This document shows, one piece after another, positions 23,018-33,242 of a stretch of DNA of 64,000 nt (its first letter is position 1; every line of letters begins with the position of its first letter). The stretch is from Cyanophyceae cyanobacterium. Lineage in GTDB: Bacteria > Cyanobacteriota > Cyanobacteriia > Cyanobacteriales > Laspinemataceae. The position numbers and the translations under genes were made by a program. The stretch covers positions 1 to 64,000 of the forward strand of contig JBBQFN010000024.1 in NCBI GenBank assembly GCA_038321985.1. The letters run 5' to 3'. The notes beneath the pieces were generated by a model. The model saw only the letters and a program-made list of their open reading frames with translations, was not told the DNA's origin and did not search any database.

Positions 23018-23596
23018 ATGATGACTGGAGAAAAAATTGGCAAATACCTCACCCTAGAAGAATTTTGCACCTGTACGCAAACCTATCAAACCTACAAGGA
23101 TCAGATTAATCCCTTTCCCGCAAACCCCCCGGAAACGATTCCAGCAATTTTGGCGTTAATTCAGGCAATCGTTGATCCAGTTATCGATGAGTTCGGACGC
23201 GATCGCTTTCGGTTGACTTATGGATTTTGTTCCCAGGATTTAAAGCGCTATCTAGCGAAAAAAGACCCAGTAACGGGACAAAAAAATGGTCGCGTGGCCC
23301 CAGAATTGGACCAACATTTAGCCCATGAAGTGAATCCAAAGGGGAATTATTATTGTCAGCGTCTCGGGGCCTCCTGTGATTTTCTGATTCTCGATTTATC
23401 CAGTGCAGTTTTGGTGGATTGGATATTGGCCCATCAATTACCCTTTGATTCTCTTTATTTTTATGGAGAAACTCGGCCAATTCATATTAGCTATGGACCG
23501 CAACAGAAGCGGGATATTTGGACCTTTACTCGGGGGAGACAGCCGACTAAAAAAGGGATTGACCAATGGGTGAAGTTGGCGAAAATTATTAAATAA
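23018..23596 (+). CDS. Hypothetical protein, possible peptidase M15/Hedgehog-like metal-binding fold
   Basis: LTYGFCS, QHLAHE, GASCDF, LPFDSLYFY, PIHISY give an H..D..H pattern; fold is an inference. Confidence 0.55.
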   Translation: MMTGEKIGKYLTLEEFCTCTQTYQTYKDQINPFPANPPETIPAILALIQAIVDPVIDEFGRDRFRLTYGFCSQDLKRYLAKKDPVTGQKNGRVAPELDQHLAHEVNPKGNYYCQRLGASCDFLILDLSSAVLVDWILAHQLPFDSLYFYGETRPIHISYGPQQKRDIWTFTRGRQPTKKGIDQWVKLAKIIK

Positions 23597-23600
23597 ACTT

Positions 23601-23650
23601 GCACCCTAAAGGGTGGGGTTATACGGACTAAGCCCGCAGTTGCGGGCTAA
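23601..23650. repeat. REP-like double-hairpin dispersed repeat, copy 1
   Basis: gcaccctaaagggtggggttatacggactaagcccgcagttgcgggctaa; related copy at 28357-28428. Confidence 0.8.
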
Positions 23651-23687
23651 TATAGAGTAATTTATCGACTTTTAAAATGCAACTTTA

Positions 23688-24230
23688 TTATTCAAATACC
23701 GGCGGCCATAAATCAGAAATTGGCATCTCCCAACCGGAGAATAATTCGGGAAGGGTCAAGGTATCTTCACTATTTAATATGGTAGTTTCTCCGTTGGGAC
23801 GATAGACGGTGACGGTTTCTTTATCCGGATCTACTAATATTCCGACTGTTGTTCCTAATGCTAAAAATAGTTTGATTTTATCCGCGAGGGGATTAATGCG
23901 ATCTCTTTTGGATTTAATCTCCACCATTAAATCTGGAACTAACCGCACAAAATCCCGATTACTGCGCTTGATTCGGTCCGCCCGAACAAAGGATACATCC
24001 GGTGCCCGCAAGTCCGTATTTGGTAGGATAAACCCACCACTGGAGTCATAAACTCGCCCCACTCGACGGGGGTTAACCCACAGTTTCAGCAAAAAGGTAA
24101 ATTGAGCACCAATTTCGCTGGATGTGTCATCGGATGGACCCATTGCATTAATACCTCCATCAATTAATTCCAGGTTCCACTCGGGATGTTCTAATTGAAC
24201 TTGTTCCAGGTCGGCAATTGTTAAACTCAT
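23688..24230 (-). CDS. Uma2 family (PD-(D/E)xK) endonuclease-like protein
   Basis: ELIDG, GGFILP...RAPDVSFV, PDLMVEIKS, GILVDP. Confidence 0.92.
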   Translation of the reverse strand: MSLTIADLEQVQLEHPEWNLELIDGGINAMGPSDDTSSEIGAQFTFLLKLWVNPRRVGRVYDSSGGFILPNTDLRAPDVSFVRADRIKRSNRDFVRLVPDLMVEIKSKRDRINPLADKIKLFLALGTTVGILVDPDKETVTVYRPNGETTILNSEDTLTLPELFSGWEMPISDLWPPVFE

Positions 24231-24260
24231 AACTTAACCTCTCTGTAGCTTTATTTAATT

Positions 24261-27203
24261 CTAGCTTAAATCCGGGTCAGTTTCAACCTGCTTTCTCTGA
24301 CGAGATCGCATGGCTGCTTTGAGAATTCTCAGGCGATAGGGGTCTGCATCTTTGCGCCAATATAACAGGTTTCCGCGCAGTTCACTACAGTTTTCTTCTA
24401 AGCGTTTTTGCCAAGTTTTGAGGGTTTTAATCTCCCACGGTTTATCTAATAAACCCCGAGTTTCTTCGTGATGGGTCAGTTTAACCATTTTTTCATACTC
24501 GGGATATTCGGGGGTGACACAGGCATCTTTGCGATGGAGAATTGGCGGATTATCATCCTTGTCATAGTCTCGATAAATCACCCGTAAATCGATTAAATCA
24601 ATATCCATGCGAGTATGTAAAAGGGGATGAGCTTCTTGGTCAAAATTGGGGTAAAATAAATAAGAGATTCTCGGCTTTTTTAGGCTAAACTTAATTAAAG
24701 TTGCTTCATCCATCCGCCCGATCGCCCGACTCACTACCCCTTCATAAATTCTCAGCAAGGGGTCGAGGGTTTCTAAGGCGGAAACATGAACTGTGAAACT
24801 ATTGGGTTTGAGTAACCCAACGGAACTATTTTTACAACTGCTGGCAATTAACTGAATATCATTTAAGCTAAATACCAGTTGGTCTGCCATAATGCAAGCA
24901 GTTCGATAGGAGGGAAACAGCGCTTTAATATCATTTTGAATTTCCAAGGGTAAATGAGACAGTTGAACTCGTTTTAATAAGTTTGTAACGGCAATATAAG
25001 TTAGAAGGTCTTTGCGGCGTTTTTCTGTAATCGCCTCCCACTCTTCCGGATGGGTAAACTCCATAATGACTTTAAAGGCGCGTCGCAAATTACCAAATTC
25101 GGCAAGGATTTGGGGTTCTTCGGGGAGTTCTCCCGGAACTGGCAGTCTGCCGCGATCGCTGGCAAATTCCATGAGTGGCGTCAGGATTTCCCGATATTCA
25201 TCAAAACTTTTCAGCAGTTTGGGAACCGTCGTCCGACTGCGGAAGCGATAGGATTGAATCAGTTGTGCGAGTTGTTGGTCCCGAAAAACAAAATAAATCC
25301 CCAATGCCACGGGAACTGCTTCCACTTGCAGAACATTTTCGATATACTGTTTCAGTTCTTCTTGTTCATAATATTTCTGAAAAGTATGGCGGCGGGTAAT
25401 CACCCCATCTCCATAAGCAACTTGACCACAATTGCGGTCATCGACTAACACTAAAGACGCAACAATTAACACTTTTTGGGTCAATTTCCAAGATTGAATT
25501 AACGCTTGTCGGCGTTCTTCTAAATCTTCAATGACATTAATGATATAACCCAAATTTACCACATCCGCAGGAGTTAAAGGAGTATTTGGGGAATAATACG
25601 GGTCCCAACCATTACTCTGAAATCCCTGTTCCGCAATCCGTTTAATATCCCCCCCATGACCACATCCATAATCAAAAAAGGTCGTTCCTTCGGTAAAAAA
25701 TCCTGCTTCTAATCCTAATCGCGTTGGACGAGAGATGGCATTACGAACAATTGCAGCGCGATGGCGTTCGATTTTTGGAGTGGTTTTTAAGGATTTATAA
25801 GTTGTCGGTTCTGAGGTGACAATGACCGTATGTCCTTGAATTTCAACCCCGGCATCGGCCAAACAATCTAACCATCCATTCCTTGTCCCAATCCCCCGGG
25901 ACTTGTTTAAAAGTCCTAATTTTTCTTCTTTCTGGGTGAGAGTAGAAAACAGTTCATACAGCGGATAATCCGGGGTGACAAAGGTTTCTTTTCGGTGGAG
26001 AACTGGAGGATTATCCGCTTGGCAATAGTCTCGATAACGAATTCGACTATCAGGAAAATGAACCCTTAAACTTGCCTGTAATGAGGGATGCGGGTCGGTG
26101 TCAAATGCGGGGTAAAATAGATAAGAAATAATCGGTTTATCGAGGTTAAATTTAATTAAAGTAGCGCCATCCACTCGGCCTAAATGATGACGGTTAATTG
26201 CTTCATATAAACGCAAAATCGGATCTAAGGATTCTATCGCCCAAACATGAATATACAATGCACCAGGTAGCTTTTTTCCCAGAAGACTATTTTGGCAAAC
26301 GGTGGCAACTGCATCCGGAGATTCTAATTGGGATAACAAGGTTTGCGCCGATTGTTTTGCGTTAGTCCAATTCCCAAATAAAGCGCGCAGATTATAGGCA
26401 ATTTGGGGGGATAATTCCGATAAGGTCGGAACGCGCTGTTTTTGGTGAATCAGACTTGCTAGATAAATTAATCCATCTTGACGGCATTTTTCCTGAATTT
26501 GCTCCCAAATTTCCGCCGAGGTTGCTGCTTTAATTTGATTAAATGCCTGTTCTAAACTGCCAAATATTTTGATAATTGTTTTGGCTGTGGATAACTCTTT
26601 TACCGTGGGTAACCGTCCCCAGTCACCGACAAACTCCATCAAGGGGGTGAGGATTTCTTCCTGTTCAATTAACGCAGTAGCATCGGGATTGAGGGGAGGA
26701 ATTATTGAGCGCGATCGCCCTTGGTTGAAGTGATAAGTTTGCGCTTCTGCCGCATCCCGAAAGATAAAATAAACTCCCAGTCCCACTGGAATTGCCTCGA
26801 CTGATAACGCCGTTTTGAGTTCTGATTTGAGTTCTTTTTGCTCATAATAGAAATGAACCGAATTCATCGGAATCACTCCATCTTTCCCATAAGCAATTTT
26901 TCCTTGATTCACCTCAGAAACAGTGACCGATGCTGCGACAATTAAGACTTTTTGGGTAAATTTCCAGGCATCGCGTAAGACATCCTGACGTTCTTCCGAG
27001 GACTGGATCACATTAAGGACATCGGCAAGATACACTACATCCGCAAGACGGTGATTTGTCTGTTGACTATAGTCTAAAAATGTTGTTTCAGCACTCAGGA
27101 TTCCCGCCTCTGTTGCAAGTCCCAGGGGACGAGGTAGATGGCGGTGAACCGATGCCAAACGGTTTAGATGGGTTTGGGGTAGCGGCAAACTGGATTTATC
27201 CAT
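24261..27203 (-). CDS. DNA phosphorothioation-associated putative methyltransferase, internally duplicated
   Basis: RHRAAIVR, FFDYGCGHGGD, GWDPYY, ADVVNLGYIINVIE, TFQKYYEQ, NPP(V/I)LHRK twice; next to dnd genes. Confidence 0.88.
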   Translation of the reverse strand: MDKSSLPLPQTHLNRLASVHRHLPRPLGLATEAGILSAETTFLDYSQQTNHRLADVVYLADVLNVIQSSEERQDVLRDAWKFTQKVLIVAASVTVSEVNQGKIAYGKDGVIPMNSVHFYYEQKELKSELKTALSVEAIPVGLGVYFIFRDAAEAQTYHFNQGRSRSIIPPLNPDATALIEQEEILTPLMEFVGDWGRLPTVKELSTAKTIIKIFGSLEQAFNQIKAATSAEIWEQIQEKCRQDGLIYLASLIHQKQRVPTLSELSPQIAYNLRALFGNWTNAKQSAQTLLSQLESPDAVATVCQNSLLGKKLPGALYIHVWAIESLDPILRLYEAINRHHLGRVDGATLIKFNLDKPIISYLFYPAFDTDPHPSLQASLRVHFPDSRIRYRDYCQADNPPVLHRKETFVTPDYPLYELFSTLTQKEEKLGLLNKSRGIGTRNGWLDCLADAGVEIQGHTVIVTSEPTTYKSLKTTPKIERHRAAIVRNAISRPTRLGLEAGFFTEGTTFFDYGCGHGGDIKRIAEQGFQSNGWDPYYSPNTPLTPADVVNLGYIINVIEDLEERRQALIQSWKLTQKVLIVASLVLVDDRNCGQVAYGDGVITRRHTFQKYYEQEELKQYIENVLQVEAVPVALGIYFVFRDQQLAQLIQSYRFRSRTTVPKLLKSFDEYREILTPLMEFASDRGRLPVPGELPEEPQILAEFGNLRRAFKVIMEFTHPEEWEAITEKRRKDLLTYIAVTNLLKRVQLSHLPLEIQNDIKALFPSYRTACIMADQLVFSLNDIQLIASSCKNSSVGLLKPNSFTVHVSALETLDPLLRIYEGVVSRAIGRMDEATLIKFSLKKPRISYLFYPNFDQEAHPLLHTRMDIDLIDLRVIYRDYDKDDNPPILHRKDACVTPEYPEYEKMVKLTHHEETRGLLDKPWEIKTLKTWQKRLEENCSELRGNLLYWRKDADPYRLRILKAAMRSRQRKQVETDPDLS

Positions 27204-27321
27204 AAGTTTGGAGGGGGAACTCAGCAGCGATCGTGACCCACCTTTTTCATACCACAAAATGGCTGCCGCCACTCTAAAAAATTATTGCCGCTACCCAGTT
27301 ATTCCAAAACCCGCTTCTGAA

Positions 27322-27849
27322 CTAGGGGGTAAATTTACTACGGATGTCTTCGATTCGTTTGCGGTTCACCCCTAAATCAGATTGTCCTAACCGCGATGCC
27401 GATCGCACTTGAATTACATCTGACTTGCGATCGAGAAAAAATTCCACATCATCCACATATCCCATTAAAGAACTGGTAAATTCAGCATACAAATAATGGG
27501 CGTCTGATTTAATCACTTGGGCATTATCCATTTCTTCAATAATCTCCTTGAGATGGATAAACGCTTTTTTCGCTGAAGACTCATATCGTAACGGTTCAAT
27601 CTGATGCTTTTTATCCGTTTTTTCTGCTTGGGAAGAGACACAATTGGGAGAAGTCGGACAAGGGGATAATTTGCCCATACTGACCCCTAAGTTATCGGGA
27701 CGTTCCCCGGAAAAGGAAAATACAGTGGCGATCGCATTCGGGGAAATCTCAGCAGCGAATGCCGCAGGAGTTGGACCCAAATAACACCAGATTGCCAAGG
27801 TGACTGAAAAACAGAGAGTGAGGAATTTTCCAGGAGATAAGTTGTACAT
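27322..27849 (-). CDS. DUF1499 domain exported protein
   Basis: Signal-like N-terminus, LSPCPTSPNCVSSQ, VDDVEF, RSASRLGQSDLGVNRKRIE. Confidence 0.9.
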   Translation of the reverse strand: MYNLSPGKFLTLCFSVTLAIWCYLGPTPAAFAAEISPNAIATVFSFSGERPDNLGVSMGKLSPCPTSPNCVSSQAEKTDKKHQIEPLRYESSAKKAFIHLKEIIEEMDNAQVIKSDAHYLYAEFTSSLMGYVDDVEFFLDRKSDVIQVRSASRLGQSDLGVNRKRIEDIRSKFTP

Positions 27850-27907
27850 AAATCACCGTTTGATGTAAAATACTCTTTTCATTCTAGCGGCAAAGGCGAC
27901 TACTGGT

Positions 27908-28327
27908 TTACCGTTTTCCTTTTGATTCTTTCTCCCCTGTCTGACTTGCAACTGCCACATCAATTAAATGTTCAATTTTCTTGATATTCGGATCTCCTGC
28001 CAGATACCCAATCCCTCGATGTAGATGCAAGCGAAACTGTGTTGCCAATGTCTCTTTATCCGTCCCCAATCCATCTTGGTGACAGCGTTGTTTCAATGCC
28101 AAAATTAAAATATCTGACAGTTCCCCTCCAAACACTCGCCAACTCATTTCGACGTTACTATCTGCCGGAATCGGAACCGGAGATGGGGTAGAAGTTTCAG
28201 ATAAAGACTTACAAAACGCCCATCGGCATAAAATATTCCATTGGTCAATTTTAGTATAGCGTTTGAGTTTGCTGAGTTGTTCTTTGGCAGTTTGGGAGAG
28301 TTTAATTCGGTCTAATGGTGGTTCCAT
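27908..28327 (-). CDS. dndE: DNA sulfur modification protein DndE
   Basis: IKLSQTAKEQLSKLKRYTKI..WNILCRWAFC.SL, FRLHLHRGIGYL; follows dndD. Confidence 0.92.
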   Translation of the reverse strand: MEPPLDRIKLSQTAKEQLSKLKRYTKIDQWNILCRWAFCKSLSETSTPSPVPIPADSNVEMSWRVFGGELSDILILALKQRCHQDGLGTDKETLATQFRLHLHRGIGYLAGDPNIKKIEHLIDVAVASQTGEKESKGKR

Positions 28328-28356
28328 TGATGGTGTAAAATAAAGTGGAGAGGCCC

Positions 28357-28428
28357 GCACCCTGTTCGCGTAGCGTTCCGTTAGGAAAGGGTGGGACTAT
28401 ACGGACAAAGCCCGCCGGCGCGGGCTAA
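28357..28428. repeat. REP-like repeat, copy 2, with a 22-nt insert
   Basis: gcaccct[gttcgcgtagcgttccgttagg]aaagggtgggactatacggacaaagcccgccggcgcgggctaa. Confidence 0.8.
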
Positions 28429-28457
28429 GAATAGGGGGTTTGGGGTGATTTGATAGT

Positions 28458-30440
28458 TTACCAGAAATAGCCCGGTTCTACAACAGTTTTTCGGGTTTCG
28501 GGTTGATATTTGAGTAAGTAACTGTTGGCGATCGCCTCCTGTTGTACAAGATGCTCATACTCAGTCTTGCTAATTTCTGTATCCGTAGATAACAGAATCA
28601 CTTGATGGGATGCTGAAGGAAAATAGCGTTCAATTAGATTATTCCGATGGGAAGAATCCAACCGTCCCAAGGGGGTATCGATCGCCACTGGCAGATGCCG
28701 TCCCGAGACTCGCGCCAATCCCCACAAAAAGGCGATCGCCAACAACTGCTTTTCCCCCGCCGAAAGACGATGTTTCGGCACCGGTTGACCTTCGGGGTCA
28801 TAAAGCGACAATCCAAAACTTTGGGTATCAATCGCAATCCGATGAACTAAATCCGCTTTATGTAACAGATAGCGGAAACACTCCGTTACCTCTACCTCCA
28901 ACTTATTTAACTTCCGCAGGGTCAACCGTTCCTTAAACAATTTCAGAGTTTCCTGAACCTTCTTCGATGACTCAATAATATGTTCATCATTTTGGCGTTC
29001 AATACTTGTTTCACTATAAACCGCCAATTCCTTCTTGAACCCATCAATACTTTTGCCTAACTTATCGCATCGCTGCTGACCATTATTATAGTCCCCTTGA
29101 GCTTTCACCACTGCCGCTTGTGCCGCCTTCAATGCCGCATCCAGTTGTTCATAAATCTCCGGAGAAGGTGCCGATGCCAGTTGCCGTTCATTGAAAGTAA
29201 TATCTACCTCCACCGCCTCCAAAGACTGCAACTTTTCCCCTGCCAACTTCACCTGATTTGGCAATTCATGCCGCAAAATATTCGCCAACAAAGATAGGGT
29301 TTCCTCATCCGCCGCTAACCAGAAATCCTCCTCTGAACCAATTTCGCGATCGAGTGCCTCATCCTCCTGTTCCAGGAAGAACTTAACCTTATCCAACTGC
29401 TGCGGTTTCAGCTTCAAATTATCCAGATATTCTACCAGACGACTGCTGCGTTCCTTCACCACATCCCGCGCAATTTTCGCCTGAAAAGATTTTGCCTCCT
29501 TTTCCCCTTGAACCTGCACCTCATTCAGCAACGGTTGAATCAAAACCAGAGGTAAACTCCCCCCAGCTAATTCTCCCAAAGACTCGCGTGTATGTTCCAG
29601 ACTTCCCTCTAAACTGCGCTTTTCCTTTTCCAGTTGAGTCCGTTCCGCTGCAATTTTTCCCCCTTCAGAAATAAACTTATCCCAAGCATCCCGCTGCCGT
29701 TCATGCGCCTTTTCTAAGTTGTTTTGCAAACCCCCTAATTTTTGCCTTGCCTCATCTAATTCATCGTTAGATTTCGACAACTTTTGTTCAATTTCTTCTA
29801 AACTCGCCAACTGCTTGGCACTTGCCAACTTCTTCTGCTTCCGCCGGACCAAAATATCCAAATCTGTCGATAACCGTTCCGCCAACTCCAACCCTAACAA
29901 AGATTGAATCGCATCCACCACCACCGGAGGCGGCGTTTCCTGTTCCGCCAATTCTTTTACCTGTTCCCCATCAAATAGAAACAGATTAGAAATCCCTAAC
30001 GGCAACAAATTCTCGATATATTCATCCCAAATATTCGTCAAATCCGTTCGCGGCCAATCTCCTTCCAAAATCCCTAAAGTATCCTTCCCATCCTTCGGAT
30101 TGGCTTCCCAATAGCGCACAATCCGCAACTCAACCGCTGCATCATTTTCAAAATGCTCAAACACCAACTCAATCCGAGTTTTTTCCACCGGATCCGAATC
30201 CCGAGTTACACACTGAGTCAGGAAATCGCTATAACTCAAATTGCCTCGGGTCGAACATTGAGCACGAGGACCATAAAGCGCCAACCGAATGGCATCCATC
30301 AGGGTCGTTTTCCCCCCACCATTCATCCCCCCAAACAAGATAATCGGACGAGTTTCCCCATGAATTTGGGGACGTAAATCAATCACCTGTCGTCCCATAT
30401 AGGGACCAAAGTTTTGCAGAACCAGTTCAATAAAAATCAC
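28458..30440 (-). CDS. dndD: DNA sulfur modification protein DndD (SMC-like ATPase)
   Basis: NFGPY, GMNGGGKTT, LFLFDGEQV, coiled coil, LSAGEKQ, IDTPLGRLDSSHR, QVILLSTDTEI. Confidence 0.95.
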   Translation of the reverse strand: MIFIELVLQNFGPYMGRQVIDLRPQIHGETRPIILFGGMNGGGKTTLMDAIRLALYGPRAQCSTRGNLSYSDFLTQCVTRDSDPVEKTRIELVFEHFENDAAVELRIVRYWEANPKDGKDTLGILEGDWPRTDLTNIWDEYIENLLPLGISNLFLFDGEQVKELAEQETPPPVVVDAIQSLLGLELAERLSTDLDILVRRKQKKLASAKQLASLEEIEQKLSKSNDELDEARQKLGGLQNNLEKAHERQRDAWDKFISEGGKIAAERTQLEKEKRSLEGSLEHTRESLGELAGGSLPLVLIQPLLNEVQVQGEKEAKSFQAKIARDVVKERSSRLVEYLDNLKLKPQQLDKVKFFLEQEDEALDREIGSEEDFWLAADEETLSLLANILRHELPNQVKLAGEKLQSLEAVEVDITFNERQLASAPSPEIYEQLDAALKAAQAAVVKAQGDYNNGQQRCDKLGKSIDGFKKELAVYSETSIERQNDEHIIESSKKVQETLKLFKERLTLRKLNKLEVEVTECFRYLLHKADLVHRIAIDTQSFGLSLYDPEGQPVPKHRLSAGEKQLLAIAFLWGLARVSGRHLPVAIDTPLGRLDSSHRNNLIERYFPSASHQVILLSTDTEISKTEYEHLVQQEAIANSYLLKYQPETRKTVVEPGYFW

Positions 30441-30528
30441 GATACAGTCAAGGTAATAAAGTCAACAGTAGGCAAAATTCCAACACCCCCCATTAGTAAC
30501 GCCATCGGGTTAAGGGGGGTCTCTTCAA

Positions 30529-32157
30529 TTAATCCTCTACATCATCATCCTCAGTATCAAGAGTTGGATATTTCATCGTTCCCCAACTTAACTGTTTAAC
30601 CCCAGCAACATCCTCATCAGTCGAAGAAAGTTTCATGTCCCGATTTTTGAGTTGTTTAATCGCATAAACATCCCCATCCTTAGCAGCAGTTTTCAGGTCC
30701 CGCTTGTAATGAGCATTTTCAATCGCCTGTTCTTGCGATCGCGAACTACTCTCAAAGCATTTTTCTAAGGCATCATACACCCCAGTCCGCCGGGATTTTG
30801 TGTGATACTGATACTCGGTCCCAATCAACTTTGCCATCAATTCCAAGTGCATTGTGTCCGGGTTGCAAATTTCCTGCAACACCTCCCACTCATCACTTCC
30901 CCACAACTGATTGCCAGCGCCAGGACGAGGGTCCTTAAACGGTTCCCCCGTCACTTCTTCATAAATTTTAGGCAAGCTATCGTCAAATTCATGCTTCTCT
31001 TCTAGCCAAATGCGACGAATTTCGCTCAATTCTTCTAAAGTAATTAGGGTAATGTCCCTCATTTCTTCTGGGGCAGTCTGACGGACCAAAGTTTGAGCTT
31101 CTAAAACTCGCCGAAGCCAGGTTTCTCGCCATTTTTTAGTGTAGGGACCCGGAATGTTGTAAACCGTTTTTTCACCGTCAACGTCCCGTTCAAAAAGTTC
31201 AACCTTCCCATAAATTCGACGAAAGTCTCTTCTATCGTGATCATTGTCAACATCGAGTTCATTCCGAATATCAAGAAGAGGCTGCATCCATTCCTTTTCT
31301 TCATCATTCTGGATCATCGCCTCCATCGATTTATCTTTACTGACCATTGTACAGACCCAACAGCCAAAGCGAGAATCACCACAACTCGGGGTAGTGGTAT
31401 CAATGACGAGGGGACATTCACTATCTGCCGTTGCACCTCGGTACATGGTTAATAAATGTTTATTATCCTGACCCCAAGGATTTTCCCATTGCATCAAGTA
31501 CATCCAGACTTCATCAGTTCGCCAGTCCTCAATCGGAAGATAAATTAAAGAGTTGGGCCGGTTCGGATTTGTGTTTAGGCGATCGCGAACTCTCCATTCT
31601 CTATGTTTTGCCATAGTGCTTGCCCGCTTGGTACTCTCCGCCTTACGAGTTCCTAAAACCATAATGACTTCCCCGTTCGATCTAATAACTTCACGGATGA
31701 ACGAGTCAGCAGGTTTGATTTTGAGGCGTTCTGTACACCATCTAAAACGGTTTCTGGGGGCTGGATATCCTTTACCAATTAAACAGGACCAAAAGGTGTC
31801 TTTGGCTGGTGGATAGGTTAAATGCGGTTCAATTGGCATATTTTGGGCTTCGGCAGCCACCTTCATTTGTTCTAAGGATTTACGCACCCAAGAAGAAACA
31901 ATCGGATTTTCAACCAGAGTATCATTGGTAATAACATAAATTTTCTTATTGCGTTTTTCCGGCGGTAAAGCAGCGACGGCATTCCAAATAAGCTGCAAAA
32001 TAGTAGTGCTATCTTTCCCTCCAGACCAACCCACAGCAAAAGGAATATCATCTTGACAATATAATTCCTGAATTTCTTTCGTTAAATCATCGATAGCTTC
32101 TACTAATTCACTAACGGTACGGGGCGGAAAGAGGGAGGCTTGGTTATTATTGCTCAT
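30529..32157 (-). CDS. dndC: DNA phosphorothioation protein DndC (PAPS-reductase family, Fe-S)
   Basis: WSGGKDS, NDTLVENP, GKGYPAP, RWCTERLKI, SCGDSRFGCWVCT. Confidence 0.96.
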   Translation of the reverse strand: MSNNNQASLFPPRTVSELVEAIDDLTKEIQELYCQDDIPFAVGWSGGKDSTTILQLIWNAVAALPPEKRNKKIYVITNDTLVENPIVSSWVRKSLEQMKVAAEAQNMPIEPHLTYPPAKDTFWSCLIGKGYPAPRNRFRWCTERLKIKPADSFIREVIRSNGEVIMVLGTRKAESTKRASTMAKHREWRVRDRLNTNPNRPNSLIYLPIEDWRTDEVWMYLMQWENPWGQDNKHLLTMYRGATADSECPLVIDTTTPSCGDSRFGCWVCTMVSKDKSMEAMIQNDEEKEWMQPLLDIRNELDVDNDHDRRDFRRIYGKVELFERDVDGEKTVYNIPGPYTKKWRETWLRRVLEAQTLVRQTAPEEMRDITLITLEELSEIRRIWLEEKHEFDDSLPKIYEEVTGEPFKDPRPGAGNQLWGSDEWEVLQEICNPDTMHLELMAKLIGTEYQYHTKSRRTGVYDALEKCFESSSRSQEQAIENAHYKRDLKTAAKDGDVYAIKQLKNRDMKLSSTDEDVAGVKQLSWGTMKYPTLDTEDDDVED

Positions 32158-32158
32158 T

Positions 32159-33133
32159 TTAGTTAGGTTGCGATGCATTAAGGACATGATTGAGATGCCA
32201 TTGTAACGCCTCTATTCGAGGTAAATATTGTTGGTCACTTGGCAATAAAATGAGTTCCCCTTCAAAATCTTTGATTGGTTTACTATAGGGAGATTCTTCA
32301 ATAAAATCATCAGCGACTATGATTCTATAACTTTCATCAATTCCAAAACATCCTCTATCGAATCCCCAGTGATGATTTTTGCAGAACGATATTCCATTAT
32401 CTACCTTGTTATCATTAAAAATGGCAAAAGGTTTGATATGAGCACCATCCACAATATTTTGGGTCAAGGATTTAGTCACTTTGAGGCGACATATCGAACA
32501 TTTGTAATCGTAGAAATGAACGACAGCTTTCCGAAATAAAGCATCTCGGACCAGAGATTTTCGTAAACTAAACTTTTTTTGAGTCTCTTCTCCCTCTTCG
32601 GTATTGTCATCGATTTGGTCTGCTGATTCTTGAATTTCTTGATTAACTTTTAAAATGTCTTCGATTTGATTAGATTTGGAAGCAAACCAGCTTGAAATCA
32701 AGGCATCAATTAATTCTTGTCTTGAGGCCAAATTTTGGAGGAGTTCAAACAACTGTTGATCCAGTCTAGCCAAAGCAATATCATGCTTCAGTTGACGGAT
32801 CGATTGAGGACGCCCTCCTTCATATTCTTCTGTAAATTGAAGATGCCAGAACTTATAAGGGTCATTTTTTAAATGAAAAAAGGGATACACAATCTGGCTA
32901 CTTTTGAAAGGTCCCATCCCCAAGAGAGACCAATATTTTTTAAAAGTTTCTATCAACTCATCCGAAATAAAAATTTCCCGTTCTGTAATTAAACCTTGGT
33001 TGATTAGGTCAATAACGGATAAAAGTAAAATAGGCTTGTTTAACGCCTCCCCTCTATAGACGTTAAGTTGGGCAAACCCTTTGGCATAATATCCTACATT
33101 TCGATAGTTCTGTGGTTCCGGTTCTTGCCTCAT
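32159..33133 (-). CDS. HNH endonuclease with N-terminal sulfur-binding-domain (SBD)-like region
   Basis: ALNKPILLL...YPFFHL..D..FW N-terminal region; CSIC...GAHIKPF...NGISFCKNHHWGFD HNH domain; stop 1 nt before the dndC ATG. Confidence 0.85.
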   Translation of the reverse strand: MRQEPEPQNYRNVGYYAKGFAQLNVYRGEALNKPILLLSVIDLINQGLITEREIFISDELIETFKKYWSLLGMGPFKSSQIVYPFFHLKNDPYKFWHLQFTEEYEGGRPQSIRQLKHDIALARLDQQLFELLQNLASRQELIDALISSWFASKSNQIEDILKVNQEIQESADQIDDNTEEGEETQKKFSLRKSLVRDALFRKAVVHFYDYKCSICRLKVTKSLTQNIVDGAHIKPFAIFNDNKVDNGISFCKNHHWGFDRGCFGIDESYRIIVADDFIEESPYSKPIKDFEGELILLPSDQQYLPRIEALQWHLNHVLNASQPN

Positions 33134-33196
33134 TTCTCCCTCCTTCAAATCCCCCTAAATATGTTGACCGAATTCATTTTACCAATTCTCCGGGAC

Positions 33197-33242
33197 CAAA
33201 AATGCCTGGATTCCCGCCTAAGCGGGAATGTCGGCATTTTTG
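33197..33242. repeat. Long hairpin with ATTCCC-N8-GGGAAT core between dndB and the HNH gene
   Basis: caaaaatgcc-tgg-attcccgc-ctaa-gcgggaat-gtc-ggcatttttg. Confidence 0.75.
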
